Below are positions 12,942-24,845 of a DNA stretch of 64,000 nucleotides, piece after piece. The stretch is from Isurus oxyrinchus (lineage: Eukaryota): assembly GCA_026770705.1 (NCBI GenBank), contig JANJGN010000014.1, positions 128,526,001 to 128,590,000 of the forward strand, written 5' to 3'. Both the position numbers and the translations under genes were made by a program. The stretch's first letter is position 1; each line of letters opens with the position of its first letter. Under the pieces are notes generated by a model. That model made no database searches and was not told the DNA's origin. It saw only the letters and a program-made list of their open reading frames with translations.

Positions 12942-14160
12942 AGGTTTTCCACCCACGGTCGTTGACAAGGCCCTCAACCGTGTCCGGCCCATCTCCCGTG
13001 CATCCACCCTCATGCCTTCTCCTCCCTCCCAGAAACATGATAGGGTCCCCCTTGTCCTCACTTATCACTCCACCAGCCTCCGCATTCAAAGGATCATCCT
13101 CCGCCATTTCTGCCAACTCCAGCATGATGCCACCACCAAACACATCTTCCCTTCACCCCCCCTTATCGGCATTCCGTAGGGATCGCTCCCTCCGGGACAC
13201 CCTGGTCCACTCCTCCATCACCCCCTACTCCTCAACCCCCTCCTATGGCACCACCCCATGCCCACGCAAAAGATGTAACACCTGCCCCTTCACTTCCTCT
13301 CTCCTCACCGTCCAAGGGCCCAAACACTCCTTTCAAGTGAAGCAGCATTTCACTTGCATTTCCCCCAACTTAGTCTACTGCATTCGTTGCTCCCAATGTG
13401 GTCTCCTCTACATTGGAGAGACCAAACGTAAACTGGGCGACCGCTTTGCAGAACACCTGCGGTCTGTCCGCAAGAATGACCCAAACCTCCCTGTCGCTTG
13501 CCATTTTAACACTCCACCCTGCTCTCTTGCCCACATGTCTGTCCTTGGCTTACTGCATTGTTCCAGTGAAGCCCAACGCAAACTGGAGGAACAACACCTC
13601 ATCTTCCGACTAGGCACCTTACAGCCTTCCGGTCTGAATATTGAATTCAACAACTTTAGGTCATGAGCTCCCTCCCCCATCCCCACCCCCTTTCTGTTTC
13701 CCCCTTTTTCCCCTTTTTTTTCCCTATAAATTTTATAGATTTTTCTTTTCCCACCTATTTCCATTATTTTTAAATATTTTAAAATCTTTTATGCTCCCCC
13801 CACCCCCCACTAGAGCTGTACCTTGAGTGCCCTACCATCCATTCTTAATTAGCACATTCGTTTAGATAATATCACCAACTTTAACTTTAACACCTATGTG
13901 TTCTTTTGTACCATTGTCGCTGACATCTTTTGATGATCTACTTCTATCACTGCTTGTTTGTCTACACAAGCACCTCTCTCTCTCTCTCTATCCCTCTGCC
14001 CCCCCACACACACACCTTAAACCAGCTTATATTTCAACTCTTTCTTGGACTCGAAATCAAGTTCTGTCGAAGGGTCATGAGGACTCGAAACGTCAACTCT
14101 TTTCTTCTCCGCCGATGCTGCTAGACCTGCTGAGTTTTTCCAGGTAATTCTGTTTTTGTT
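12942..14160 (+). repeat. Upstream pseudo-LTR (5'-truncated copy: GIY-YIG region plus UTR)
   Basis: Direct repeat of 16266-17485 with about 20 substitutions and a few indels. Confidence 0.95.
14060..14098 (+). ncRNA. Minimal type I hammerhead ribozyme-like motif
   Basis: AGTT-CTGTCGA-A-GGGTC-atgag-GACTC-GAAA-C-GTC-AACT: stem I, core, stem II, GAAA, palindromic ACGT stem III, GUC site; core has U at canonical A6. Confidence 0.7.
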
Positions 14161-14233
14161 TTGGATTTCCAGCATCCGCAGTTTTCTTTGTTTTTATCTC
14201 TGGTTTTAATTGACTGCCACTGCTCTTCAAGAA

Positions 14234-16986
14234 ATGCCTACCTCCTTGAAGAAGTTCTGTTCCTCTCTGCGACAAGATTTCCGTATCTCTCTGTTGCCTT
14301 GTTCACCTTCTTTGCTTTCCATTTCCCTCCTGGTGTTTGACAAGGTGTTTACTAAAACCCGCTTTCACAGCCATATCTCCTTTCTCAGTGACTGTCTCCG
14401 TCTCTGACTTAACCCACGTGGATTTCAACTGAAATTCCACCCCTCATCTTTCGAACCCACCCAGGATTACCGGTATCTCCGGGATATAAAACGTTTCTCA
14501 GACTGCTGTTCCCGTCACATTCTGAAATCCACACTCAGTGCCATGCGCCGCCATATGAACACACTCGACCTCTCCCTCCAGCAGCACCGCCGTACCCTTT
14601 TTCAAAGCTGCGCGTGCCCCCAGTTTCATTTTATCCTTCGGCTCATCTGACGCCTCAACAAGAAACTTTTTCTCTTTCTCTCAACTGCTAAGGAACGCAA
14701 GCTCCAACAACTCATTGACACCAACACCCATCTAGGACCCTCCACCCCAGCCTGTCCCTCCGTCCCCACCCCATCTTCCAATCCCAGCCCCAGCCGTGTA
14801 TTCACTATACCCCCTGACCTTCCCCTCTCTGATGCTGAACGTTCAGTGCTCAGCAAAGGACTTAGTTTCATACCCTTACGCCCTCACCTCAATGAATTTC
14901 GGGCTCGGCATGATACTGAACTCTTCTTTCGCCGTTTTCGTCTCCGGGCTCACTTCTTTGGGCAGGAGTCCACTCCCAGTTCAACGGATCCTTTTCCCAT
15001 CTCCAATATTCTCCCTCCACCTGGACCCCTCCCTCTGGATTCTTACGTTCTCTTGATCTTTTCATTGAGAACTGTCGGTGCGACATTAGTCGTCTCAATT
15101 TCTCTGCTCCTCTCACCCATTCTAACCTGTCTCTCTCTGAACTTACTGCACTCCATTCTCTCAGGTCCAACCCTGACATTGTCATCAAACCCGCTGACAA
15201 GGGTGGTGCTGTTGTTGTCTGGCGCACTGACCTCTACCTCGCGGAGGCTGAGCGTCAACTCACAGACACTTCCTCCTACCTCTCCCTGGACCATGACCCC
15301 ACCACTGAACATCAAGCCATTGTTTCCAGGACTGTCACTGACCTCATCTCCTCTGGGGATCTCCCTCCCACAGCTTCCAACCTGATAGTCGCCCAACCTC
15401 GGACGGCCCGCTTCTATCTCCTACCCAAAATCCACAAACAGAACTGCCCCGGTAGACCGATCGTCTCAGCTTGCTCCTGCCCCACAGAACTCATTTCTCA
15501 TTATCTTGACTCCCTTCTCTCTCCCCTTGTCCAGTCCCTTCCCACCTACATCCGTGATTCCTCTGACACCTTACGTCACATCAACAATTTCCAGTTCCCT
15601 GGCTCCAACCGCTTCCTCTTCACCATGGACGTCCAATCCCTCTACACCTCCATCCCCCACCAGGATGGTCTGAGGGCCCTTAGCTTCTTCCTCGAACAGA
15701 GGCCCGAACAATCCCCATCCACCACTACTCTCCTCCGTCTGGCTGAACTTGTTCTCACGTTGAACAATTTCTCCTTCAACTCCTCTCACTTTCTCCAAAT
15801 AAAAGGTGTGGCTATGGGTACCCGCATGGGCCCCAGCTATGCCTGTCTCTTTATGGGGTATGTGGAACATTCCTTGTTGCAGTCCTACTCCGGCCCCCTT
15901 CCACAACTTTTTCTCCGGTACATCGATGATTACTTCGGTGCCGCTTCATGCTCTCGTCGGGACTTGGAAAAATTTATTAATTTTGCTTCCAATCTCCACC
16001 CCTCCATCATTTTCACGTGGTCCGTCTCTGACACTTCCCTTCCCTTCCTTGACCTCTCTGTCTCAATCTCTGGTGATAGACTGTCCACCAATATCCATTA
16101 CAAACCCACCGACTCCCACAGCTACCTCGACTACAGCTCCTCACACCCCGCTTCCTGTAAGGACTCCATCCCATTCTCCCAGTTCCTTCGCCTTCGTCGC
16201 ATCTGTTCCGATGATGCTACCTTCAAAAACGGTTCCTCTGACATGTCGTCCTCCTTCCTTAACCGAGGTTTTCCACCCACGGTCGTTGACAGGGCCCTCA
16301 ACCATGTCCGGCCCATCTCCCGTGCATCCGCCCTCACGCCTTCTCCTCCCTCCCAGAAACATGATAGGGTCCCCCTTGTCCTCACTTATCACCCCACCAG
16401 CCTCCGCATTCAAAGAATCATCCTCCGCCATTTCCGCCAACTCCAGCATGATGCCACCACCAAACACATCTTCCCTTCACCCCCCTTATCGGCATTCCGT
16501 AGGGATAGCTCCCTCCGGGACACCCTGGTCCACTCCTCCATCACCCCCTACTCCTCAACTCCCTCCTATGGCACCACCCCATGCCCACGCAAAAGATGTA
16601 ACACCTGCCCCTTCACTTCCTCTCTCCTCACCGTCCAAGGGCCCAAACACTCCTTTCAAGTGAAGCAGCATTTCACTTGCATTTCCCCCAACTTTGTCTA
16701 CTGCATTCGTTACTCCCAATGTGGTCTCTACATTGGAGAGACCAAACGTAAACTGGGCGACCGCTTTGCAGAACACCTGCGGTCTGTCCGCAGGAATGTC
16801 CCAAACCTCCCTGTCGCTTGCCATTTTAACACTCCACCCTGCTCTCTTGCCCACATGTCTATCCTTGGCTTACTGCATTGTTCCAGTGAAGCCCAACGCA
16901 CACTGGAGGAACAACACCTCATCTTCCGACTAGGCACCTTACAGCCTTCCGGTCTGAATATTGAATTCAACAACTTTAGGTCGTGA
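14234..16986 (+). pseudogene. Penelope RT / GIY-YIG endonuclease ORF with two in-frame TGA stops (14405, 14648) and a frameshift near 14995
   Basis: Motifs LSKGLSF, KPADKG, FYLLPKIHK, RPIVS, MDVQSLYTSIP, GVAMG, RYIDD, VY..C..YIGET.R.L.DRF.EH, PSGLN; frame open from 15001 to 16986. Confidence 0.93.
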
Positions 16987-17485
16987 GCTCCCTCCCCCAT
17001 CCCCACCCCCTTTCTGTTTCCCCTTTTTTCCCCTTTTTTTTTCCCTATAAATTTTATAGATTTTTCTTTTCCCACCTATTTCCATTATTTTAAAATATTT
17101 TAAAATCTTTTATGCTCCCCCCACCCCCACTAGAGCTGTACCTTGAGTGCCCTACCATCCATTCTTAATTAGCACATTCGTTTAGATAATATCACCAACT
17201 TTAACTTTAACACCTATGTGTTCTTTTGTACCATTGTCACTGACATCTTTTGATGATCTGCTTCTATCACTGCTTGTTTGTCTACACAAGCACCTCTCTC
17301 TCTCTCTATCCCTCCGCCGCCCCCCCCCCCACACACACACCTTAAACCAGCTTATATTTCAACTCTTTCTTGGACTCGAAATCAAGTTCTGTCGAAGGGT
17401 CATGAGGACTCGAAACGTCAACTCTTTTCTTCTCCGCCGATGCTGCCAGACCTGCTGAGTTTTTCCAGGTAATTCTGTTTTTGTT
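16266..17485 (+). repeat. Downstream pseudo-LTR
   Basis: Second copy of 12942-14160; ends tgtttttgtt. Confidence 0.95.
17385..17423 (+). ncRNA. Minimal hammerhead-like motif, second copy
   Basis: Identical to 14060-14098. Confidence 0.7.
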
Positions 17486-19719
17486 AAGGAATGATACTTG
17501 TTGACCATAACCATATTATCCAATGCTGTACTTCGCTATATTCATATAATTTACCTTCCATGATTACTTCTATTCATTACTTCACTGACATTCTGAAACT
17601 CTGGACAACGGGGAGACACAAGAAAATAGCAAGGATCTTTTAAAAAATGTGATGTTTCAAGAGAATGAGCTTTGCAAGTAACATGTATACAACTTATTTC
17701 TTCCACTGGCTAATTTCAAATCATAGTGTGGATTGATAGGAAACGTGTGGGGGACCCCTTTAGCCCTCTTTCTTTACAGGTTCCATCTTATCAGAACAGA
17801 AAACAATGTTGAATGGTTAATCTTCCATTGAGGCTTTAAAAAAACTCAAGTTTTTCAAAGCATTGGGTTAACAGTATTCTACCATTTGTTAATCAATAGT
17901 ATGTTTTTTCTTCTGCTTTGAGTTCGGGGGTTAGTAATTAAAACTACTAAATTAAATGTGGTTTCCTTGCAGATTTTATGGATTGTTGATAAGTGGATAA
18001 TGATGGTGGAGAGGGTTCCTGAGGTGCATTTCATAAAAAATGTTACTGCACAAATTTTACAGTCAATAACTTCAATTAAAAGGAAACTTTATCATCCTTG
18101 TACGTACAGGTAAAAGTTGATGAAGTGCTTTATAGCCTAGCCTCATTATGCATGCATTTCTGGACTGCATTCAGAATTTGTGTTTATATCTCAACAGCAA
18201 TTAATTTACAATTTCCTGCACTAAAATTCCTGGAGCACTAATTAAAGTGACATTATTTCTGTAAACAAATTAACATTAAACTAATTTGCTGTGCAACAGC
18301 TTTAGAATTTCTCTGCAAAATTTTCCATATAATTAATTTTGAACCGGTAATAACTTCGGGGACTTGGAAAATTATCAGTTGCCTACCATTAATGGATGTT
18401 ATGCAAGGTCAATGTTTTTAACACCGTATACCCACCAACAGTTTGGGTGAATGACAGGGCAGTTTTACCAGGATCTGCACACATGCAGGGCACTGTTTCC
18501 CATGATCAATGAATATTATTGCATTGACAGTGTGACCTACACCTGTCTGCCTGTCATTGTTTAAATAGGTACTGGTAACCAATTGATTTTGATAGTGTGT
18601 TAGTATCTTAAGGCTGCATTTTGCTTGTCTGTGAGTAGAAAGCGAATTACACATTTTTAAAAATCAATTTTTAAAAGACTCCAAATGAAAATGACAGGTG
18701 ATTTAGTTGGTGTTTGCTTCATGTAATATTAGTCCCTTTGCAACAACAAAATAAAACCACAATGTTTCTCAGTTAAACTTCTCATATTACTAATTAATCA
18801 CTTAAGCTTTATTTCCAATTTCTAACTGTTGTCATAGGATCATACAGCACAGGAGAAGGCCATTCGGTCCATCCTGCCTTTGCTGGTTCTGAAAAAACTA
18901 TCCAAGTAGTTCCAATATACCCAGCCCCACACACATACATGCTTTCCCCACGATCCTGTAAGTTTCGAAAGTCACTATTGTACTTGCATGCAAAAAAAGT
19001 AAATGAAAAATAAATGTGGATTTACTCACTAGGCTCAGAATTTCCAATAAATAGATATTGGCTTGATCTTTTGATCTGATCGCACTCACTTCCACTGAAG
19101 TTGTAAAGTGTTCTGACTGGCACACATTGGCAGGAGGATGGCTCAGGGTCCAAAGAGAGGGCACACAGGCTCTCCGATGCATCACTGGTCCTGGTGGAAG
19201 AAATCCAGAGCATGAGGGCTGTCCTGTAATCTGCAGTAGGGGCAGAGCACCATGCCATCCTTCTGTCCCCCTCCAGCGACTGGTACAGCTCAGCTTGACA
19301 TCATCAACTTTCATCATTCAGTCTAAGGGGGATCCCAAGCAAGGAGCCCAAGTCCAAGCATTTCCTTTATCCTGGTAGAATAACACAGCACCCAGTCTTT
19401 TTAGGTGAAGTTCTCAGGAGAAGTTTTATAATAAATGTTGCTCGAGTGCTGACAAAGCCTTGATGAAGAAGGCCTCCTGACATGTTTTAGCAGTCCACTT
19501 TACAGCTCCAGCAGCAATGAATATGAAATGGAGAGCGACCTTTTAACCACCGCTTGAAATTGACAATGCTGTATTTACACACAGACAGCCAGTTGCTGTT
19601 GGAGAGGGCATTTGTTGAGAACATTAGTGCTGGGAGATTATGTAGGAACTGAATAAACACTAGTTGGGCACAGTTGGGCAGTTTTGGTGACGGCAGTGTA
19701 GCTAAGTTGTGATTGGGCT

Positions 19720-20780
19720 ACAGGGGTGACTTAAGAGAATGTTGCCTGAACTGGAGAATTTTTAGTTATGAAGAAGGATTTGAAAGGCTAGGGTTGTTTC
19801 CTTTGGCCAGGGCTTTTGGATGGCAGAGTTTGCCTTCCCACCATCTGAAGAATGGGGCGACATAACACATCGCCGCCGATGCTGGTTACCCTCCAGCCAT
19901 TTAATGCTCCTAGGAGCTGGAGGCTGAACTTCCGCCCCTCACTCAGACATAAGTCCCGTCTCCGAGAGCTACCAACCAATTGGTATGGTCAGTAGCTCTC
20001 TGGTCCCAGCAGTGCTAGAAGCTGCAGTGGACAGGTTTAATTCCCAGGAGTCCAGGACCAGGTAGGTTTCAGAGATCTCGGGGTGAGGAGGTGCAGAGGG
20101 TTGAGAGGGAGCACCTGCAGAGCCCAGACCTTATGGGGGAGGGCCCAATGTTAAAAGGAGCCGTTGGAGGGCCCCCCTCCTCTTCCTGGCTGAGCAGTGT
20201 CCCTTTTCGGGTTCCCTCACCCCTGAACTCCTCAACTGGGACAAGGGTTGGCGGTGGAGGTGTGAGTGGGGATGGCAACCTAGGCCTCACACTTACACAG
20301 TAAAATTACGGAGAGCCCAGGTTGGGTAAGAACTCAGTGGGAGGGCCATCGGAAGAATTTTATGCCCACCCAACCGTCCCTCACCTACAAACTTGCCAGT
20401 GGGGGCTTGTAAAATCTGCTCGTTGGAACAGAAGAGGCTGAGGGGAGACCTCATTGAAGTCTATAAAATTAAGGGGTCTGGATAGAGTCGATAAGAATGC
20501 CCTATTTCCCTTGGTTGAGGGGTTTACAACCAGGGGACATAGATTTTGGGTAAGAGGTTTAGCGTGGATTCTGGGGACAATATTTTTCCACCCAGAGGGT
20601 GATGGGGATCTGGAACTCACTGCCTGAAAGGATAGTGGAGGCAGAAACCCTCATGACATTTAAAAAGTACTTGGATATGCACTTGGTCATGGACCGAAAT
20701 AGAAAGTAGGAATAGGCTGATGCTGACATATGGGCTGAATGGCCGACTTCTATGCTGTAAGTTTCTAAGATTCTATGTTA
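19720..20780 (+). mobile_element. CR1 3' fragment split by a GC-rich MITE-like insert (~19810-20420)
   Basis: agttatgaagaaggattt..ctagggttgtttcctttgg resumes as ttggaacagaagaggctgaggggagacctcattga; insert ends gtaaaatctgc. Confidence 0.75.
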
Positions 20781-21049
20781 GCCACCAAAATGTGGTACTC
20801 TTAATGAGTCTCTTAACGAGCAGTCACAGGCATTTAAACTGGCAAATGAGCCCTTAATGAGCCTCTGAGCTATTGCTCCTGATGGTGAAGATGGCTTCTT
20901 GTCCTAACTGTGGGCTGGACTTGCATTTTGGCTTAAGGCCCCATCTTGTTCACTTTGAAGTCTCTTTACCATCTAAGGTATTCGGCCAAAGATGATCTAA
21001 GGATTTGGGTTTTAAGAGCTTAAATTTGTGGAACATCTTTCACGTTCTC

Positions 21050-21865
21050 AAGGGGGTGGCAAAAATGTTTCATATCAAATAAATTGCTGTTGAACTGTCG
21101 TCATCGTATTTTGTAGGTAAATGAGGCAAATAATTTGCACATGACAAGTTCCCAGAAACTGCCGTGAAATAAATCGCTAAATAATCTGTGCCTGGCAGCT
21201 TTAGTTGAGGGATAAATGCTGGGCAGGGCACCAGAACTAACCTGCTCTTCCTCAAATGATGCCAACATTATCATTGCCTACCTGAGAGGGCAGATAGGGC
21301 CTTCTTTAAAGTTCCATCTGAAATTCAGCATCTCCAACAGTGGAGCACTCCCTCAGTACCACTCTGAAATGTCTGTTTGCATTTAAGCCCTTCTGAGAAC
21401 CAACTGACTCAGACACGGTTGCTAACATTGAGCAAGAAGTGGCAACCAGGAAGGTTCTTTTTCCAAAAGGAGGAGAGACTGGTGTCCAGATGAAAGGTTT
21501 TGGAAGGGAAGTCCAGAGCTTTGGGTTGAGTTGACTGAAGGCTGTATCAAAAATGATAGAGGGGAGTGTGGAAGGGAATGTGGAATAGACCAGAGTAGGA
21601 AGATTTGAGATTAGGGAAGGGACGTAGGACAGAAGGATGCTACAAAGTAGAGAGAAGGGAGACCATGGAGAGATTTGAAGACAAGGATTTTGAAGTCTAT
21701 TCACTCAGGGATCGGGAGTCAATGGAGGCTGGCAAGGAGAGGATGACAGGAGAGTGGGATGTTCTAAACGTGAACATATGAGCATACATACGAACATAAG
21801 AAGTAGAAGCAGGAGTAGGCTATTTGGCCCCTTGAGCCTGCTTGCCATTCAATAAGATCGTGTAT
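21050..21865 (-). mobile_element. Cluster: Deu SINE (21050-21432), L2 piece (21440-21770), CR1 3' end (21775-21865)
   Basis: Reverse complements of the families identified above. Confidence 0.65.
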
Positions 21866-21901
21866 GCACTGGAAAAGGATACACTGCACTTGTTAATTAT
21901 G

Positions 21902-23047
21902 TGTTACGACTGGTACCCGGGTGAGGTTCCCACAATGTATCATGATCCCGGATGAGGTACCCCAAATTGTTAAACACCCAGTGAGCAGGATTGAGCTGGC
22001 TCCCTTTCTTTATTCAACCCACTCAGTTGGTCGCAACATGGTTAATTTAAAAAGGATCCCTTCCGTTGTGGATACCTTTTCCCAGTCCAAATGTATTTAT
22101 TTTTTAAAAGGAACCAATTTAATCAGGGTGTCTTGAGTCAAAGAGAGGGTGATTTTATTGGTTGCTAAATGTGAGGAAAAAAATAATAAAAATGCAACGC
22201 ACACACACACACACACATTAGAAATGAGAACGTGAGTTCAAAAATGCAACGCACACACACACACACATTAGAAATGAGAACGTGAGTTCAAAAATAAAAG
22301 TTAAAAAGATATACCAATCAGTCCTTTGGCTCCTCTGTGAGGAGCAAATGGTGAAACTTTGCGGCCATTAAGTTGGGTGATTCCAGTAGTGCTGACTTTG
22401 ACAGTTGAGCAGTTGGTTTGGAGATTCTTGGTTTTGCAGGTTAGCTGAAAGGAATTGTCCCGTTTCCTTTTTGACTGCGGCTTTACTGTCTTGTGACTTG
22501 CTTCCAGCAATAAGAATTTTTTTAAACCTGCGAGCACAGGGATGCCCAGTTGGTGTTCTTCAACTGCAACCTTCACAGCACAGGCACACCAGGCTAACAC
22601 ACCAAACTAGGGTTGTAGTTGGCTTTTTTTAAACCCCTTTCCTTGTGTATTCCTGGAAGTGAAAAAACAAACACCTTTTGCTCATATCTGTTTTCTTTTC
22701 AACTTCGTTCATGTTCGCAGTCTTGGATATAAATCAACAGGAGGTGGTTTTGGCTGAGATGGTAATAATTTTCCATTATCTCTGCAACCACAGGTGATTA
22801 CAATGCAAACTGAATTGTATCTTTTCCTTTTTGAAGTGCCCCTGTTTGAAATAGGCTGTAGGTGTGACATTCCAATCTCTCTGAACGAGTTGGTCAAGTA
22901 ATCCGCATAGGACTTTTCCAGCAAGTGGTTACCTTTCATTCCCAGCCAGCTTTTGCTTGTATGTCCTTTTTTTAAAAAAACACATGCCTGACTTAAAAGT
23001 TGAATATATCCATAAGTAATCTGGGGCTAGGATCCGTTGTCATGACA
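21902..23047 (-). mobile_element. Solo LTR (Gypsy/ERV-type) with 4-bp target site duplication
   Basis: TGTTACGAC...GTCATGACA termini; perfect TATG at 21898-21901 and 23048-23051; AATAAA on the minus strand near the left end. Confidence 0.85.
22188..22294. repeat. ~50-bp tandem duplication containing (CA)n
   Basis: aaaaatgcaacgc(ac)nattagaaatgagaacgtgagttc occurs twice. Confidence 0.95.
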
Positions 23048-23744
23048 TATGAAAAACTCTGTGAATGCAATTTTTGAACATTAAGTTTGAATCTATTGCA
23101 AATCTTACCACAGTTTTCATTGGCTGAGTTGTGTTTTTAAATTGGCACTGGTTAACTCCTTTTAAATAGTAATTTAGTAACTGTTTATTTTAATACTTCA
23201 TTTTGACACATGATGGTCTTGAAAAGAAGAGTTAATGATTTCAACTGACAGCAATTTCAAAAACCTGACTAGGTCAGTAACAGACCTATCTGTGGTAAAT
23301 GTCAAGAGCTTACTGTTAAATGATTAATGGTGTTGGGATTCATGAGCTGACACAGAAGAAGTGATCTGAGCAGGTAGATTACAACAGTGGGATCAAAATA
23401 ATTTTTCAATTTAAATTAAATTGGGTTAAATCACATCTCGGCCAGTTAATGAAAGTGTAAGAATTGCCGATGCTGTTTTGTTTGTATTTTGGTATATCAT
23501 ATTTAATCATATGTGCTTTGCATTGATTTATAACTTAGAAATACCCAAGATGCAGGTTCCTGAAGCAGGACTGGCAGTGTGTAACACTCTTGGGATCACA
23601 TCACTTGGTCTACGATTCCACTGTAATGCTAAGAGCTTAACGCCTTTGACCTTCTATTTTTAGCATTTTACCTTGAAATGTGTCCCTCTTTAGTCTTGCA
23701 ATAAGAGCAGCAATCAGACTGCCATTGTCTGGTGTTGTGACAAG

Positions 23745-24130
23745 CGGGTCAAATTTTCCTGGCTCCGTGTTAGTGAGCTTGGAGCTGGGGGGTGAGGGCA
23801 GGGAAAATAGCATGGAGACGGGCCAAGGTTGGTCCCCAGTGCATTCTCACTGTCACCCAGGGTGGCTGCAATGAGGTGGGCATCCGATTTGCACAGGTAG
23901 GGTGCAATTCCGAGGGCTCGCCAGCATTTTGCTGCCAGTGGAGCATGCCTATTTTTCCCCCTGCTGCCTCAAACAGAGGGTACCAACTCCATGGAGGTAA
24001 CCTCTTTGTGGCAGGGCTGGGGTGGGGGGGGGGGGGGGGTGCGGTTGGGGGTGGTGGTACCATCAGGGTTGGAGGCTCCTTACCACGGAGATGGGGCCTC
24101 CAGTAGCAAAGGCCGCAATTGAGGCCCAAA
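23745..24130. mobile_element. GC-rich MITE-like element
   Basis: Starts gggtcaaattttc, resembling termini at 36913, 44678 and 63503; abrupt GC shift. Confidence 0.4.
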
Positions 24131-24163
24131 TGCTGCCACCTAAGGCTTTTCTCTTCTGGTCTT

Positions 24164-24500
24164 GGGGGAAGACAGTGGTGTAATGGTCATGTCACTGACC
24201 TCGTAATCCAGAGGGCCTAGCTAATGCTCTGGAGCCACAGGTTCAGATCCCACTGCAGCAGCTGGTGAAATTTAAATTCAAAAAATACAAAAAGGATCAA
24301 GAGTGAGAAGCCATGACAACCATCATTGACTGTTGTGTGGTTCACTAATGATCTGCTAGGGGAGGAAATCTGCCATCCTTCCCTGGTCTGGCCCAGATGT
24401 GACTCCAAACCAACGGGAATGTGGTTGACTCTTAACTGCCCTCTGAAATGGCCTAGCAAACCACTCAGCTCAAGGGCAATTTGGGATGGGCAACAAATGG
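24164..24500 (+). mobile_element. tRNA-headed SINE, internal-deletion derivative of the LINE at 50762-53912
   Basis: Head and body match the LINE 5' UTR up to ccactcag; joined near 24470 to the LINE 3' tail caagggcaatt.gggatgggcaa. Confidence 0.85.
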
Positions 24501-24509
24501 TGGAAAATA

Positions 24510-24845
24510 GGTCGAGGGTAGTTAGTGCTGCTGCCCCATAGCTCCAAGGACCTGGGTTTGATTCTGATCTCAGGTGCCTGTCCGTGTACAATTTGCATGT
24601 TCTCCCAGTGTCTGTCAGGTGCTCAGGTTTCCTTCCACTGTCCAAAGACATGATGGTTAGGTGAATTGGTTACAGTGAATTGCCCCCCCGTGTGTAGCGT
24701 CTGTGTGCGCATGCATGTGAGTGCGTGTCCTGTGATGGACTGGCATCCCATCCTGGGTATACCCGCCTAGCACCCATTGCCTTTCGGGACTGGCTCCGAC
24801 TCCCCGTGACCCTGAATTGGATGAAACAGCTCTGGAAAAGTGAGG
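24510..24845 (+). mobile_element. V-domain SINE with DANA-like 3' part
   Basis: V core tttgcatgttctccc.gtgtctg..ggtgctc.ggtttcct.ccac..tccaaagacatg..ggttagg; tail cctgtgatggactggc..ggctcc..gaccctg. Confidence 0.8.

Larger units (their letters stand above)
12942..17485 (+). mobile_element. Penelope-like retroelement, Neptune clade, in partial-tandem (pseudo-LTR) arrangement
   Basis: Single RT+GIY-YIG ORF with long N-terminal extension and C-x4-C-x2-C linker (CPRKRCNTC); flanked by 1.2-kb direct repeats. Confidence 0.95.

Noticed and set aside
14405-14650. In-frame TGA codons in the Penelope ORF as selenocysteine recoding (known for Naiad-clade elements)
   Set aside because: Both fall in Arg-type contexts (CLRL*L, RLI*RL) consistent with CGA>TGA decay; the element is Neptune-like, also frameshifted, and no SECIS was evident
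12807-17075. Overlapping antisense and alternate-frame ORFs over the Penelope element
   Set aside because: By-product of extreme C/T skew and low stop-codon density; no domains
12942-17485. LTR retrotransposon or retrovirus
   Set aside because: The repeats contain coding sequence, lack TG..CA ends, PBS and PPT, and the enzyme is RT plus GIY-YIG
17973-18023. 51-nt candidate exon after tttccttgcag
   Set aside because: Weak donor (gtgcat) and unrecognisable peptide
19100-19480. Faint resemblance to an LF-SINE tail
   Set aside because: Only two short motifs match; not supportable without an alignment
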